Shown here piece after piece: positions 10,306-19,947 of a DNA stretch of 64,000 nucleotides. Position numbers and translations under genes: made by a program. Source of the DNA: Candidatus Aminicenantales bacterium. Its GTDB lineage: Bacteria > Acidobacteriota > Aminicenantia > Aminicenantales > UBA4085. Position 1 is the stretch's first letter. Each line of letters starts with the position of its first letter. Under the pieces are notes generated by a model that saw only the letters and a list, made by a program, of their open reading frames with translations, did not search any database and was not told the DNA's origin. The stretch covers positions 27,787 to 91,786 of the forward strand of contig JBEKTZ010000002.1 in assembly GCA_049515535.1 (NCBI GenBank), given 5' to 3'.

Positions 10306-11162
10306 GGCTCCGAGCCAGAATCGCCCGAGCCGATTTTTCCGTAAGGCGCTTTTTCCGCTTCCCCGCCCGGCCGATCTTTTTCAGCTAGCCATTTGCGGAG
10401 CTTTTGAGCGGCGTGTCTTTGATAGGCCTTGCCGATCACGGGAGAGAGCCTGTTGAGAAACGACGTGATCCTGAAAAGCCGCGAGGGATAGATGCGCTTC
10501 CGGTCCTTTTCGACTCCCCTGATGATGGCCTTGGCTACGACGTCCGAGTCCTGGATGGGCCAGGGTATCGGGACGTTTTCGCCGGCCGCTTTGAAGAAAC
10601 CCGTCCGGGTGGCGATGGGATAGACCATGGAAATTCGAGCCCCGTGGCCCATCTCCAAGCGGTAGCCTTCCACGAACCTTTCCAGGGCGGCTTTGGTGGC
10701 TGAATAGAGGGCGTAGCCCGGCATGGCCAGGGTGCACATGCCCGAGGCCGTGATGACAAAATGAAAGCTCCGGCCGCCGGAAATTTCGATCATCTTCTCC
10801 AGAGAATAAAAGACCGAGAACGTATTGAGGTCGAATATGGATCGGATATGGGTCCAATCCGATCTTTCTAGCTTTTCATAATAGGGGAAACCCGCGTTGG
10901 CGATGAAGATATCCACACCGCCCCATTTTCTCATTACCTCCTCGAATAAGCGGTCAACATTTTCCTTCCGGGAAAGGTCGCAGGACAGGGCCTCCATCTT
11001 AGCCCTGCGATCATTCATCGACAGGATGTTCTTCCTGATCAAGTCCCCGCGGCGGGCCACCCCGAGAACAGTCGCCTCTCGGCCGGCCAGCTGCTCCAAA
11101 AGGGACTTGCCGATGCCCGACGAGGCCCCGGTGACGATGATCCTCCGGCCTTCGATCTTCAT
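10302..11162 (-). CDS. Classical short-chain dehydrogenase/reductase
   Basis: TGASSGIG, ANAG and YSATK; ATG at 11162 overlaps the stop of the upstream gene. Confidence 0.9.
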   Translation of the reverse strand: MKIEGRRIIVTGASSGIGKSLLEQLAGREATVLGVARRGDLIRKNILSMNDRRAKMEALSCDLSRKENVDRLFEEVMRKWGGVDIFIANAGFPYYEKLERSDWTHIRSIFDLNTFSVFYSLEKMIEISGGRSFHFVITASGMCTLAMPGYALYSATKAALERFVEGYRLEMGHGARISMVYPIATRTGFFKAAGENVPIPWPIQDSDVVAKAIIRGVEKDRKRIYPSRLFRITSFLNRLSPVIGKAYQRHAAQKLRKWLAEKDRPGGEAEKAPYGKIGSGDSGSEP

Positions 11163-12178
11163 TTCGACTCCCTGACGTCCTTCCGCCCTGGAGGCCAAGG
11201 GGCCAGCCCGCGGCTGCAGAGCCAGTCAACGGCATGCCTGAAGGTTTCGCCGAGGGGGCGGGACGTGTGGTCCAATTCCTTTCTCGCTTTCGAATCATCA
11301 TAGAACCAGTAGTGGCTCATGATGAAGGCCTCCGCTTCGTCCAGGAAGGGGTCCTTGGAGAAGGCTTGGAGGATCCGGCCGGCCGCGCGTCCTATCCCCT
11401 GCGATATGACCCAACGAGGCGGCGGATAGCCGGTCACGTTCGACAGGATTTCGAATAACTCCGCATAATCTAAGTTGGCCCCGCCCAGGATATAGCGTTC
11501 ACCCAGCCGTCCCTTATCCATCGCCAGGACAAGCCCGCGTGCGGCGTCTCTTACGTCCAGGGCGTTCTGCCCGCCCCGGATATAAGCCGGGACTCGGCGC
11601 CGGAGGAAGGCGAGCAGCAAACGGGAGCTTGAGATGTGGATGTCGCCGGGGCCGTAACAGTAACAGGGATAGGCACGGACTATCGGCAAGCCCGCCTCCA
11701 GGCAATCCTGAACATAGAGTTCTGTTCGGCGCTTAGCCCGAAAATATTCTATCCGGCAGTCGTCGAGGTCATAAACGACATCTTCCCCGACCGGGGTGGG
11801 ACTGCCGCCGCCCAGGCCGAAGATGCTGCCGAGAAAAACGATTCTATCCGGACGCTCGACGCGGCAGGCCTCAAAAAGGTTGCGGGTTATGCTGTAGTTG
11901 AGATTCCAGATTAGTCGGCGGTCTTTGGGGGCCGTGGAGATGAAACCGGCCAAATGGAAAAGGGCATCGACTCCTTCGAGCGCCTGGGGAAGCGATCCAG
12001 GGTCAAGGAGATCGCCTTCGAAGACCTCAAGGCCAGCTCGGCCTTCAAGGCCTGAGTCCCGCAGGAGCCGTACGTTCCTGGCGAAGGCCCGCACTCTTTC
12101 CCCTCGTTCGAGAAGGAGGCGGACCGCATGGGATCCGATGAATCCGGTGGCTCCGGTTACCAAGTTCAGGTTAGGCAT
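11159..12178 (-). CDS. Extended SDR, NAD-dependent epimerase/dehydratase (dihydroflavonol reductase/HpnA-like)
   Basis: VTGATGFIGS, FHLAG, YFRAK (YxxxK), YGPGD and DVRDAARG...GRLGERYILGG motifs. Confidence 0.87.
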   Translation of the reverse strand: MPNLNLVTGATGFIGSHAVRLLLERGERVRAFARNVRLLRDSGLEGRAGLEVFEGDLLDPGSLPQALEGVDALFHLAGFISTAPKDRRLIWNLNYSITRNLFEACRVERPDRIVFLGSIFGLGGGSPTPVGEDVVYDLDDCRIEYFRAKRRTELYVQDCLEAGLPIVRAYPCYCYGPGDIHISSSRLLLAFLRRRVPAYIRGGQNALDVRDAARGLVLAMDKGRLGERYILGGANLDYAELFEILSNVTGYPPPRWVISQGIGRAAGRILQAFSKDPFLDEAEAFIMSHYWFYDDSKARKELDHTSRPLGETFRHAVDWLCSRGLAPWPPGRKDVRESK

Positions 12179-12373
12179 GTCGTCGATCGCTTAAAAGACG
12201 CCTCCTGGATGATCGCATCGCTCCTGACACGGCTGGGGAAACGTATCATACGATCATCTTCCAGTCAACGCGGTTCCAGGCTGCTCGCGGCTCCGGCCTC
12301 AGTTCGGGCTAAATAGAGTATGTCGCCATATTTTTGATAGAATTGTGCTTTCACCGGACGACCACAAATGCGC

Positions 12374-12545
12374 CTAAAAGACAATAAACCCCCTTCCCCC
12401 ATCAAAACCACTTATCCTAAAAATACTCCGCCCGTTCTTCGGCCGCCATCAGGGCGACCTGCTCGGAGACGCCTGACGGCGACAAACACGTGCTTGAGGT
12501 GATCGATGATGTGCGGTCCACGGCCTGATAATCGGTTATGAAGGC
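12374..12545 (-). pseudogene. Frameshifted 3' remnant of an IS91-like (HUH/Y2) transposase plus downstream element sequence
   Basis: Reads AFITDYQAVDR / IIDHLKHVFVA / EQVALMAAEERAEYF* across frameshifts. Shares its C-terminus and the downstream CTAAAAGACAATA motif with the remnant at 14494-15094. Confidence 0.6.
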
Positions 12546-12696
12546 CTTGATTTTAGTTTTAGAACTGCCTAAAATTCCTATGAAGCTAAAAACGAATTTC
12601 TTATAAGTTATAAAAGAAATCGATGTCATATTTTAAAGGCTGTCAATTAAGTAACTTCAAAGTAGAATCAACCTGCAATTTTTTAAATTTCACATC

Positions 12697-14244
12697 ATGA
12701 GTCACAAATCTTCTCCAGAAAACAAGAAGAATCCTGGGATCCCAATTGTGCTTACCGCTTCCCGGGTCGAGATGAGCGACTTCGACCTTGACCCATTTCT
12801 TGCCTTTGGCGCAGGCCTTCCGCTCGGTTTCATTCCCAAATCCGTGTTGAGAAAAAGCATTTACCCACCGTTAGAGGAGAATGAGGACGGGACAGTCAAG
12901 TTTGCCCCATATGGATTAAGGAAGGTTGAGGCGTTACTTATGAAAGAGTTCGGGCAGGAAAATGTTGTTACCGTCCATCCTTCCCGGTTGGATCAGTTCA
13001 TTGGACCACGAACCAATGTCATCGGCATCACAAGTATGGATCCTTTGGGCCAAGGTTTTGTTAGCAGGACTTTATCCGGCATTATGGGCCTACACGGCAA
13101 GCCAACCACACGGATGGAGTTTGAAGCTCTCCTCTTTAGTGATATTTTAAAGAAGAGCGGGGCCCGGATTCTGGTAGGAGGATCCGGTGCATGGCAACTT
13201 GTGGAGCGAGGTTTAAGTGATTTTTGCAGGTTCGATACTGTTATTGTGGGGGAAGCCGAAAGGGCAGTCCTGGATGTGTTCAAGAGAGCTTTCAACGGCC
13301 AGAATATAGAAAGGGTAATCCAGATGCCATTCCCAAACATTGAACAAATCCCGACTATTAATAACGCCTCAATCTACGGCACGGTCGAAATCACCAGGGG
13401 ATGTGACCGGGGATGTCACTTCTGTTCACCAACCATGCGGAAATCCATCTCCTTTCCTATTGAACACATCATGGAAGAAGTCAGCCTTAACGCCAGCCTC
13501 GGGTCAAAAATGATTATCCTTCAGACAGATGACCTGTTTCTCTATCAGAGCAATCCTGATTTCAGACCCAACCGCCGAGCCGTTGTTGATCTTATCCAAA
13601 GGGTGGCTAAAACCGATGGAGTGAAGTATTGCCAAATTGCCCATATGTCTCTTCCTCCTGCGATTTTAGACCGGGAAATAGTCAGAGAGATAGGCCCGAT
13701 CCTCGCCGAAAAGTCAACATGGGAATACCAGGGGAAACGGTGTGCTTCTGTGGAAATAGGGATAGAAACAGGCAGCATCAGGTTGGTGAGGAAGTACATG
13801 CATGGAAAATCCTTGCCCTTTTCCCCAGACGACTGGCCAGATATCATCGTCCAGGCAATAAGCATTCTAAATGACTGCCAAATAAATCCCCTGGCTACAT
13901 TGGTGTTGGGACTACCCGGAGAAACAGAGGAGGATATCCATCAGACCCTCAAGCTTCTTGACCGCCTCAAGAACGCTAAGCTCTTCTATGTCCCGCTTCT
14001 CTTTGTCTCCGAGGAAGATACTGTACTGGATGGTTTCGAACATATGAATATCAAGAGCCTAAACAGGCTTCATTGGGAGATCATGGCAACTTGTTGGAGG
14101 CAAAATATTGAGCGCTGGGAGCCTGCCCTCTCACTTTTGGTCAGAATGGTTTGTGTTTTGTCTTGCAGGATACGAACGCGAGCGCTTTTGTCGATGTACG
14201 CCATAAGTAAAAGTTTAGAAAGGCATGGCGGAAAAAGAAGTTGA
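12697..14244 (+). CDS. B12-binding-like radical SAM protein, archaeal Grs/Gms/Gmm-like family
   Basis: IVLTAS..EMSDF, APYGLRKVEALL, VIGITSMDPLG, VGGSGAWQ, GEAE, VEITRGCDRGCHFCSP (CxxxCxxC), GIETGS and GLPGETEED. More AT-rich than its flanks. Confidence 0.8.
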   Translation: MSHKSSPENKKNPGIPIVLTASRVEMSDFDLDPFLAFGAGLPLGFIPKSVLRKSIYPPLEENEDGTVKFAPYGLRKVEALLMKEFGQENVVTVHPSRLDQFIGPRTNVIGITSMDPLGQGFVSRTLSGIMGLHGKPTTRMEFEALLFSDILKKSGARILVGGSGAWQLVERGLSDFCRFDTVIVGEAERAVLDVFKRAFNGQNIERVIQMPFPNIEQIPTINNASIYGTVEITRGCDRGCHFCSPTMRKSISFPIEHIMEEVSLNASLGSKMIILQTDDLFLYQSNPDFRPNRRAVVDLIQRVAKTDGVKYCQIAHMSLPPAILDREIVREIGPILAEKSTWEYQGKRCASVEIGIETGSIRLVRKYMHGKSLPFSPDDWPDIIVQAISILNDCQINPLATLVLGLPGETEEDIHQTLKLLDRLKNAKLFYVPLLFVSEEDTVLDGFEHMNIKSLNRLHWEIMATCWRQNIERWEPALSLLVRMVCVLSCRIRTRALLSMYAISKSLERHGGKRS

Positions 14245-14493
14245 TAGATGTTGAATTTCCGTGAGCGGCGCTAAGGCGCCGCCGGCCAAATCGATCTGGC
14301 CGGCAGGGACATCGGCTTCGCGGGCATTGATACGAAGGAATTTCCTTTTTTCGCGTTGTGGTGAATTCCCGCTCCGGACAATGAATCTCCCCTCCTAACC
14401 ATAACGGAAGTATATCATCGGCCGGGCGGCGCTATCAAATACCGCGAAAAGCGTACCCGAAGTGCATATTGGGAAAAAAACTCGCCACACCGG

Positions 14494-15094
14494 CTAAAAG
14501 ACAATAGACTTCCGCTCCCCCCTGATCACAAAATACTCAAAAATATTCCCCGCTCTCCTCGGCCAGCCGGAGGGCGAAGGAAACAAGGCTCGCCTTCTTG
14601 ACCTTTCCCCGGTGGGCGTTGGCATAGAGGCCGTAGTAGCGGACCATCACCTGCCCCTTGTCGGGGATATGGGATGTCGCACGGGCGATAAACTCCAGAT
14701 AATCCATCACCTCCCGCTCTGTGCCCTTCTCACCATGCCGATAACCGACTTTGCCCTCCTGCTCCAGGAAGGAGAGGAGCGGCCGGATTATGTATTTGCC
14801 CACCCGCTCGGCCTCCGGCTTCGTTTTGGCCCTCACCAGGCTGTGGACGTTGAAGCCGGTGTAAGGCCAAGAGAGAATGCGCTCGGCCCATTCCGGGCTG
14901 AGAAGTTCCCGGCCGACGAGAAACGACAGGACCTCCCGGGCGAAGATCTCCGCCAGCCGTGAGTCGTCCATCCGCGGGATCTGATGGAAGACACCCGCCT
15001 CGTCCGTTCCTCCTTCAGTCACCAGGAAATGGAGGTGCGGGTGAAGATTGATCCGGTTCCCGAAGGTCTGGATGGCCGCGATGATCCCCGGCGT
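14494..15094 (-). mobile_element. Truncated IS91-like rolling-circle transposase remnant
   Basis: In-frame TPGIIAAIQTFGNRINLHPHLHFLVTEGG (HUH motif), GFNVHS, YIIRP and HIPDKGQVMVRYYGLY. It lacks the N-terminus, has an internal deletion, and ends AEESGEYF* at 14537. Confidence 0.8.
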
Positions 15095-15115
15095 GCTCCC
15101 AGCCTAGCCGGTCTT

Positions 15116-18100
15116 TTACCGATTCGTCTGAGGGGCGGCCGGCGGCGGCATCGGCCGAAGCGCTGAGAGCCCGCTCCCGGCGATCGATTTGTTGAAAGTG
15201 GGGACGTCCTTGTCCATCAACACCCGATATTGCGCTTGAACGTCCTGGATCTGTTTCTCCAGGTCATCGACAAGCCCAATCGATGTCTTGGTCGGACCGT
15301 AATCGGCGCTGCCGGCCGTATCTCCGCCGCCCGTTCCGATGACCTGGCTCACCCACATTAGGTTAAGGTAGATCTTGTAGGACTGGACGAAGTACTTATC
15401 GTCGCTGAGGGCCTCCGATCGGGTAATGAGCTGATCTCGAACGGTCAGCATCTTCTTGTCCATATCGTCCACAGTTTTAAGCAGCGCTTTCTTTCCGCCC
15501 GGCGCGAAGAGCGTCTTGCGGGCGTCTTCGAGCTGTTTCCGCATCCACTCGATCTGGTTGGTCATATCGGACACGGCGTTGATATCGTCGCGGACGCGGA
15601 TCTGCAGATTCACCAAATTCCGGATGTCCGTCTCCGAACCGCTGTTGTTGGGTGGAAGAAGGATCTCGATCGGTTGGACGTACGTCTCGCCGTCCACAGT
15701 GAGGCGGGCGATGTACGCGCCGGGAGCGGCGATCGGGCCTTGGCCTTGGGAAACGCCCCAGTGAGTTATAGGACGCGTCTGCGCGTTCTGGAATCGCGGC
15801 TCTTCCCATATGCGGGGATTCTCGGGAGGCGTTGTCCGGAGCGCGACCAGGCGCGGCGGATCATGACGCATGTCCCAAGATGTCCGGTTGATCCCGGCGC
15901 GGGCTCCCGTCACGGGCAGTTTGCGGATGACGGTTCCGTTTCCGTCGAGGATTTCGAGCTGCATCGGGCTCTTGGGAGCGGCCTTCAGCGCAAAGTTCAG
16001 AAGAGCGCGTCCGCCGCGGACGAGCCGGTAGGCCGGGCGCGGCTTGAACAATTTCGCGGCCGCTTCCCCGTCCATGGCGCCTTGCTCGAGGGCCGAGATG
16101 TCTTCCATAATATAGATTCCGCGGCCGTAAGTGGATACAACCAGGTCTTGCGCCTGTTTTTGGACGACGATCCATGAGACGGGCGCGGGAGGCAGTCCTT
16201 CCTTCAGCGGCTTCCAGGTCGCGCCGTCATCGAGCGTATAGTGGAGCGCGTTGCCGGTCCCGGCGAAAAGCATGCCCTTCCGGTTCGGGTTCTCCGCGAT
16301 GACGCGGGCGTAGGCCAGGGTGCCTTTGGGCAGGTTGCCGGTGATCTTGGTCCACGTCTGGCCGAAATCCGTGGTCTTGTAAAGATACGGGTCGCGGTTG
16401 TCCATCAAATGAAAATCGACGGCGATGTAGGCCTTGCCGGCGTCGAAGCTCGACGGTTCGATCTTGGAAACGACACCCCACGCGGGCAAGCCTTTGATGT
16501 TGGCCGTGACGTCGTTCCATTTGCCGCCGCCGTCGTTCGTATACCAGACCTTGCCGTCGTTGGTCCCGGCCCAGATGAGGCCCTTCTGGATCGGCGACGG
16601 CGCGATCGAAAAAACGACTTCGCCGTAGAATTGGCCGAGGTTATCGCCGACGATCCCGCCCGAAGAAACGATGAACCGCGGATCCTGCGTCGAGAGGTCC
16701 GGGCTGATGACGGACCAGCTCGAACCGCCGTCGGCGGTCTTGAAAATGACCTGGGCGCCGTAATAGACGGTGTTGTGGTCAAAGGGGTCGATCGCCAAAG
16801 GCGGCGTCCAGTGGGCCCGCCATTTGATGGTATTCGGCGCCGAATCGAGCGTCCGGAGCCAGGGGCTCACCGAGCGCGCGAGCTTGGTCCTGAAATCATA
16901 GCGGGTCACTTCGTTGCCGTAGCAGGTCGCCCAGACGATGTCGGAGTCCGTCGGGTCCGGGATCGTAAAGCCGGATTCGCAGCCGCCGATGCCGTGGTCC
17001 CATGCCCCGCCGCCGCCTCCGCGCATCGCGGTGCCGGCAGCGTTCGCCCCGGCCTCGGGCGTCGTGCTGAGCCCCCGCATCGTGCCGTCGTCCTGCATGT
17101 TACTGTAAATGTGATAGGGAACATCGTTGTCCAAGGCGACGTGGTACATCTGGCCGATGGGCAGCGTGACGCGATGGGATGTTTTTCCGTGGTCGTTGGT
17201 TACGAACATGCCGCCGTCATCGGTGACGATGATCCTGTCGGCGTTCGTCGGGTCGATCCATATGTCATGGGTGTCGCCGCCCCAGGGCAGAGTGCGGAAC
17301 GACTTGCCCCCGTCGGTCGATTGGTGGAAACTGCTGTTCGCCACCAGGACTTCATCCGGGTTGGACGGCGAAATGCCGAGACGAATGTAATAGCCGGCGC
17401 GGCCGATCAGCGCCCGCTGCCAGCTCCCGACCTTCCAGTTCTCGCCTCCATCGTCCGAGCGCCAGAGCGATCCCTGGTCGGCGGTCTGAATGAGAGCATA
17501 GACGCGCTTGGAATCCTTGGCCGCGATCGCGACATCGATTTTGCCGACGGGAGATTTCGGCAGGCCGTGGCCTTCGATGCGCTTCCAAGTCGTGCCGCCG
17601 TCGATCGATTTCCAGATGCCGCTGTCGGGGCCGCCGCTGAACATGGCGTAAGTGTGCATTTCGGCCTGCCACATTCCGGCGAACAGGACGTTCGGGTCGT
17701 TCGGATCCATGGCCAGGCCGGAACATCCCGAGTTCGGGCTGACGAAGAGAACGCGCTGCCAGGTTTTGCCGCCGTCCATCGTCCGATAAACGCCGCGCTC
17801 CTGCTGCGGGCCGGTCAGACGGCCGAGCGCCGCGGCGAAAACGATGTCCGGGTTCGTGGGATGGATGATGATCCGTCCGATGCGGCCGGTCTCGTCGAGG
17901 CCCAGGTGAGCCCAGGTTTGGCCGGCGTCGGCGGACTTGTAGATGCCGTCGCCCATCATGTCCACGTCGCGGATGGCCCACGCTTCGCCCGTCCCGGCCC
18001 AGATGATATTGTGGTTGGACGAAGACAAGGCCAGGGCGCCTATAGCGGCCACAGGCTGGTCGTCGAAGATCGGCCGCCACGTGTTTCCGCCGTCGCTGGA

Positions 18101-18337
18101 CTTGAAGATGCCGCCCGAAGCGGCGCCGGCGTAGTAAGTGCTGAGCTCGCCCGGAACTCCCGTGGCGGCCGAGATGCGATTGCCGACCGCCGGTCCCATG
18201 AAGCGGAACCGCAGCGGCTCCTGCGGGGGACCGCCGAACTGTCCGCCGCGCTGCTGGGCAAACGACAGGGCAAACCAGAGTCCGAGGCCAAGAATGGCCA
18301 GGAAAAGAACCTTGAAATTGCGATCGAATGCTTTCAT
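15116..18337 (-). CDS. Secreted VPS10/BNR(Asp-box)-repeat beta-propeller protein (glycosyl hydrolase-like)
   Basis: Signal peptide; many S/TxDGGxTW Asp-boxes; GTGE, QMYHV and GGCESG motifs; C-terminal FlgD-like and coiled region. Start is 18343 or 18337 after GAGGAGG. Confidence 0.85.
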   Translation of the reverse strand: MKAFDRNFKVLFLAILGLGLWFALSFAQQRGGQFGGPPQEPLRFRFMGPAVGNRISAATGVPGELSTYYAGAASGGIFKSSDGGNTWRPIFDDQPVAAIGALALSSSNHNIIWAGTGEAWAIRDVDMMGDGIYKSADAGQTWAHLGLDETGRIGRIIIHPTNPDIVFAAALGRLTGPQQERGVYRTMDGGKTWQRVLFVSPNSGCSGLAMDPNDPNVLFAGMWQAEMHTYAMFSGGPDSGIWKSIDGGTTWKRIEGHGLPKSPVGKIDVAIAAKDSKRVYALIQTADQGSLWRSDDGGENWKVGSWQRALIGRAGYYIRLGISPSNPDEVLVANSSFHQSTDGGKSFRTLPWGGDTHDIWIDPTNADRIIVTDDGGMFVTNDHGKTSHRVTLPIGQMYHVALDNDVPYHIYSNMQDDGTMRGLSTTPEAGANAAGTAMRGGGGGAWDHGIGGCESGFTIPDPTDSDIVWATCYGNEVTRYDFRTKLARSVSPWLRTLDSAPNTIKWRAHWTPPLAIDPFDHNTVYYGAQVIFKTADGGSSWSVISPDLSTQDPRFIVSSGGIVGDNLGQFYGEVVFSIAPSPIQKGLIWAGTNDGKVWYTNDGGGKWNDVTANIKGLPAWGVVSKIEPSSFDAGKAYIAVDFHLMDNRDPYLYKTTDFGQTWTKITGNLPKGTLAYARVIAENPNRKGMLFAGTGNALHYTLDDGATWKPLKEGLPPAPVSWIVVQKQAQDLVVSTYGRGIYIMEDISALEQGAMDGEAAAKLFKPRPAYRLVRGGRALLNFALKAAPKSPMQLEILDGNGTVIRKLPVTGARAGINRTSWDMRHDPPRLVALRTTPPENPRIWEEPRFQNAQTRPITHWGVSQGQGPIAAPGAYIARLTVDGETYVQPIEILLPPNNSGSETDIRNLVNLQIRVRDDINAVSDMTNQIEWMRKQLEDARKTLFAPGGKKALLKTVDDMDKKMLTVRDQLITRSEALSDDKYFVQSYKIYLNLMWVSQVIGTGGGDTAGSADYGPTKTSIGLVDDLEKQIQDVQAQYRVLMDKDVPTFNKSIAGSGLSALRPMPPPAAPQTNR

Positions 18338-18723
18338 GCTCATCCTCCTCTTTCCAGCTCATATCCGATATTAATTTTCCTAAGAAAAAAAAACAATGGT
18401 CAGCGGATAACGTCCATAACAATAAATCATGTCCATGAAAAAGTGAAGCCTTTATAAAAATCCTCAGAGGCGGATCATGGACTTGAAGCACGATGCAGCA
18501 AGGAGTTCCATCGGCCGTTCCCACCTCGGAAGAAGACGTAATAATTGGGCCGTTTTGGCGTCAGGAATAGGGTCTTTTCCTAAATCCCATGTAAAAAATG
18601 ATTTACGCTGAACAGGTTAGAACATACGGGCGAAGATCGTCCTGACGCCGAGTTCGGAGTGCGGATGGATCGTGCTCCGGAGGAGGCGCTTGAGCGATTT
18701 CTCGGGCGCACTCGCGGCACCCG

Positions 18724-19947
18724 CTATTTCGTCCGTGGTGAAAAGGTCAAAGTTTGATACGTCGTCAAGTCCGGTGGGCCTGGAGCGACAATCAGGTACG
18801 GCTGCGCGGAAAGCACCATGATGGTCGACGCGTATGTAAATCCTCCCGCGCCCCCGAAGTGGCGGCATATAGGGAACATGCTGGAGTCGTGCGATCTCAG
18901 TGTCGCCTTCGCGAGTTCGACATCGTGTGCGGCCGAGACTCCACGCAGACGCGTCTCGAGAGCCTGGTATCGTGCCCTGGTGCCCGAGAATCCGGCTTCT
19001 TGCGCTATCGCTTCCGTGGCCTTCATCCAGCCGCGATAGTCGTCGCTGAAGTCATCGCTCGCCAGAGCATGGTTCGTGTGATAAACGACAGTCGCGCCTT
19101 CGAAGGGGACGAATTCAACGACTTTTCCTGCCGAGCACTCGAAGTCGCGAGGGTGTTCGGGACCGCCGACGATATAGTTCTGACCCGAGGCGTGCTTCAC
19201 AGTTTTGAGGAACCGAATCGCGTCCGCCTGCGCATGCTGGGCCAGGATTCCCCGGACGATGAAGGCGACCGGCAATCCGTCACGCGCCGGCGCGAGCTGG
19301 GCGAGCGTGTTGGTGCAAACGCTGACCGACCGGCTATTCATGCCGTTCATGCCAATGAATCCGGCGCTCGTGAGGACGAAGACATCGAGGCCGTCCAGCC
19401 CTTTCACATGCAAAATCGTCTGAAAACCGTTGTAGAACGGCGGGACGTCCATGTTTTGCGCCGTGAGCGCCGGGCTTCGATCGCTTTTATCAAATCCCAT
19501 GCCGCTGCACCGTTCAGAGGTCATCGTCAGGGCATACACCCATTGTTCGTCGGGAAGTTGAAAAGCCAGCATCGTTTTGAAGTCGATATCCGCGCCTTCC
19601 GCAAGGCCCCGCACTTCGTCCAACAGATCCGGCGTCCATCTCTTGATCGACGGGAGAAAGTCGGTGTGTGCTAAAAATCGAGCGATAAACGTTTCGGCAT
19701 CGATTTTATTGCTGTCGACAAGACTCGCTTTCCAGGCCTGCACGACCGCGTGGATCTCGTTCTTCAGCATGCGTCCGTGTTTCAAGCCGCGCTCATACGG
19801 CGAGCCTTCGAGCACGACGACTTTGAATGTATCCGGATAGACATTCGCATTCTGGGTGCGCGGGGCAGAAGCGCCGCGAGTCGAGAGAGAAACGAAAACA
19901 ACCGCGGCCGAAAGAAAGATCCGAACAGATGCAGGTGCACAAGACAT
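18724..19947 (-). CDS. Peptidase C45 family Ntn hydrolase (acyl-CoA:6-APA acyltransferase-like); start uncertain
   Basis: GSPYERGLKHG, EVRGLAEGA, ER|CSG autoprocessing Cys, AQNMD, GMNS and HTNH motifs. Confidence 0.8.
   Translation of the reverse strand: MSCAPASVRIFLSAAVVFVSLSTRGASAPRTQNANVYPDTFKVVVLEGSPYERGLKHGRMLKNEIHAVVQAWKASLVDSNKIDAETFIARFLAHTDFLPSIKRWTPDLLDEVRGLAEGADIDFKTMLAFQLPDEQWVYALTMTSERCSGMGFDKSDRSPALTAQNMDVPPFYNGFQTILHVKGLDGLDVFVLTSAGFIGMNGMNSRSVSVCTNTLAQLAPARDGLPVAFIVRGILAQHAQADAIRFLKTVKHASGQNYIVGGPEHPRDFECSAGKVVEFVPFEGATVVYHTNHALASDDFSDDYRGWMKATEAIAQEAGFSGTRARYQALETRLRGVSAAHDVELAKATLRSHDSSMFPICRHFGGAGGFTYASTIMVLSAQPYLIVAPGPPDLTTYQTLTFSPRTK

Noticed and set aside
16241-18457. 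Very long antisense ORFs (738 aa here; also 26037..27518, 46661..48043, 49955..51226)
   Set aside because: They mirror real genes with strong GC3 bias and have no recognisable motifs, which is a typical high-GC artefact.
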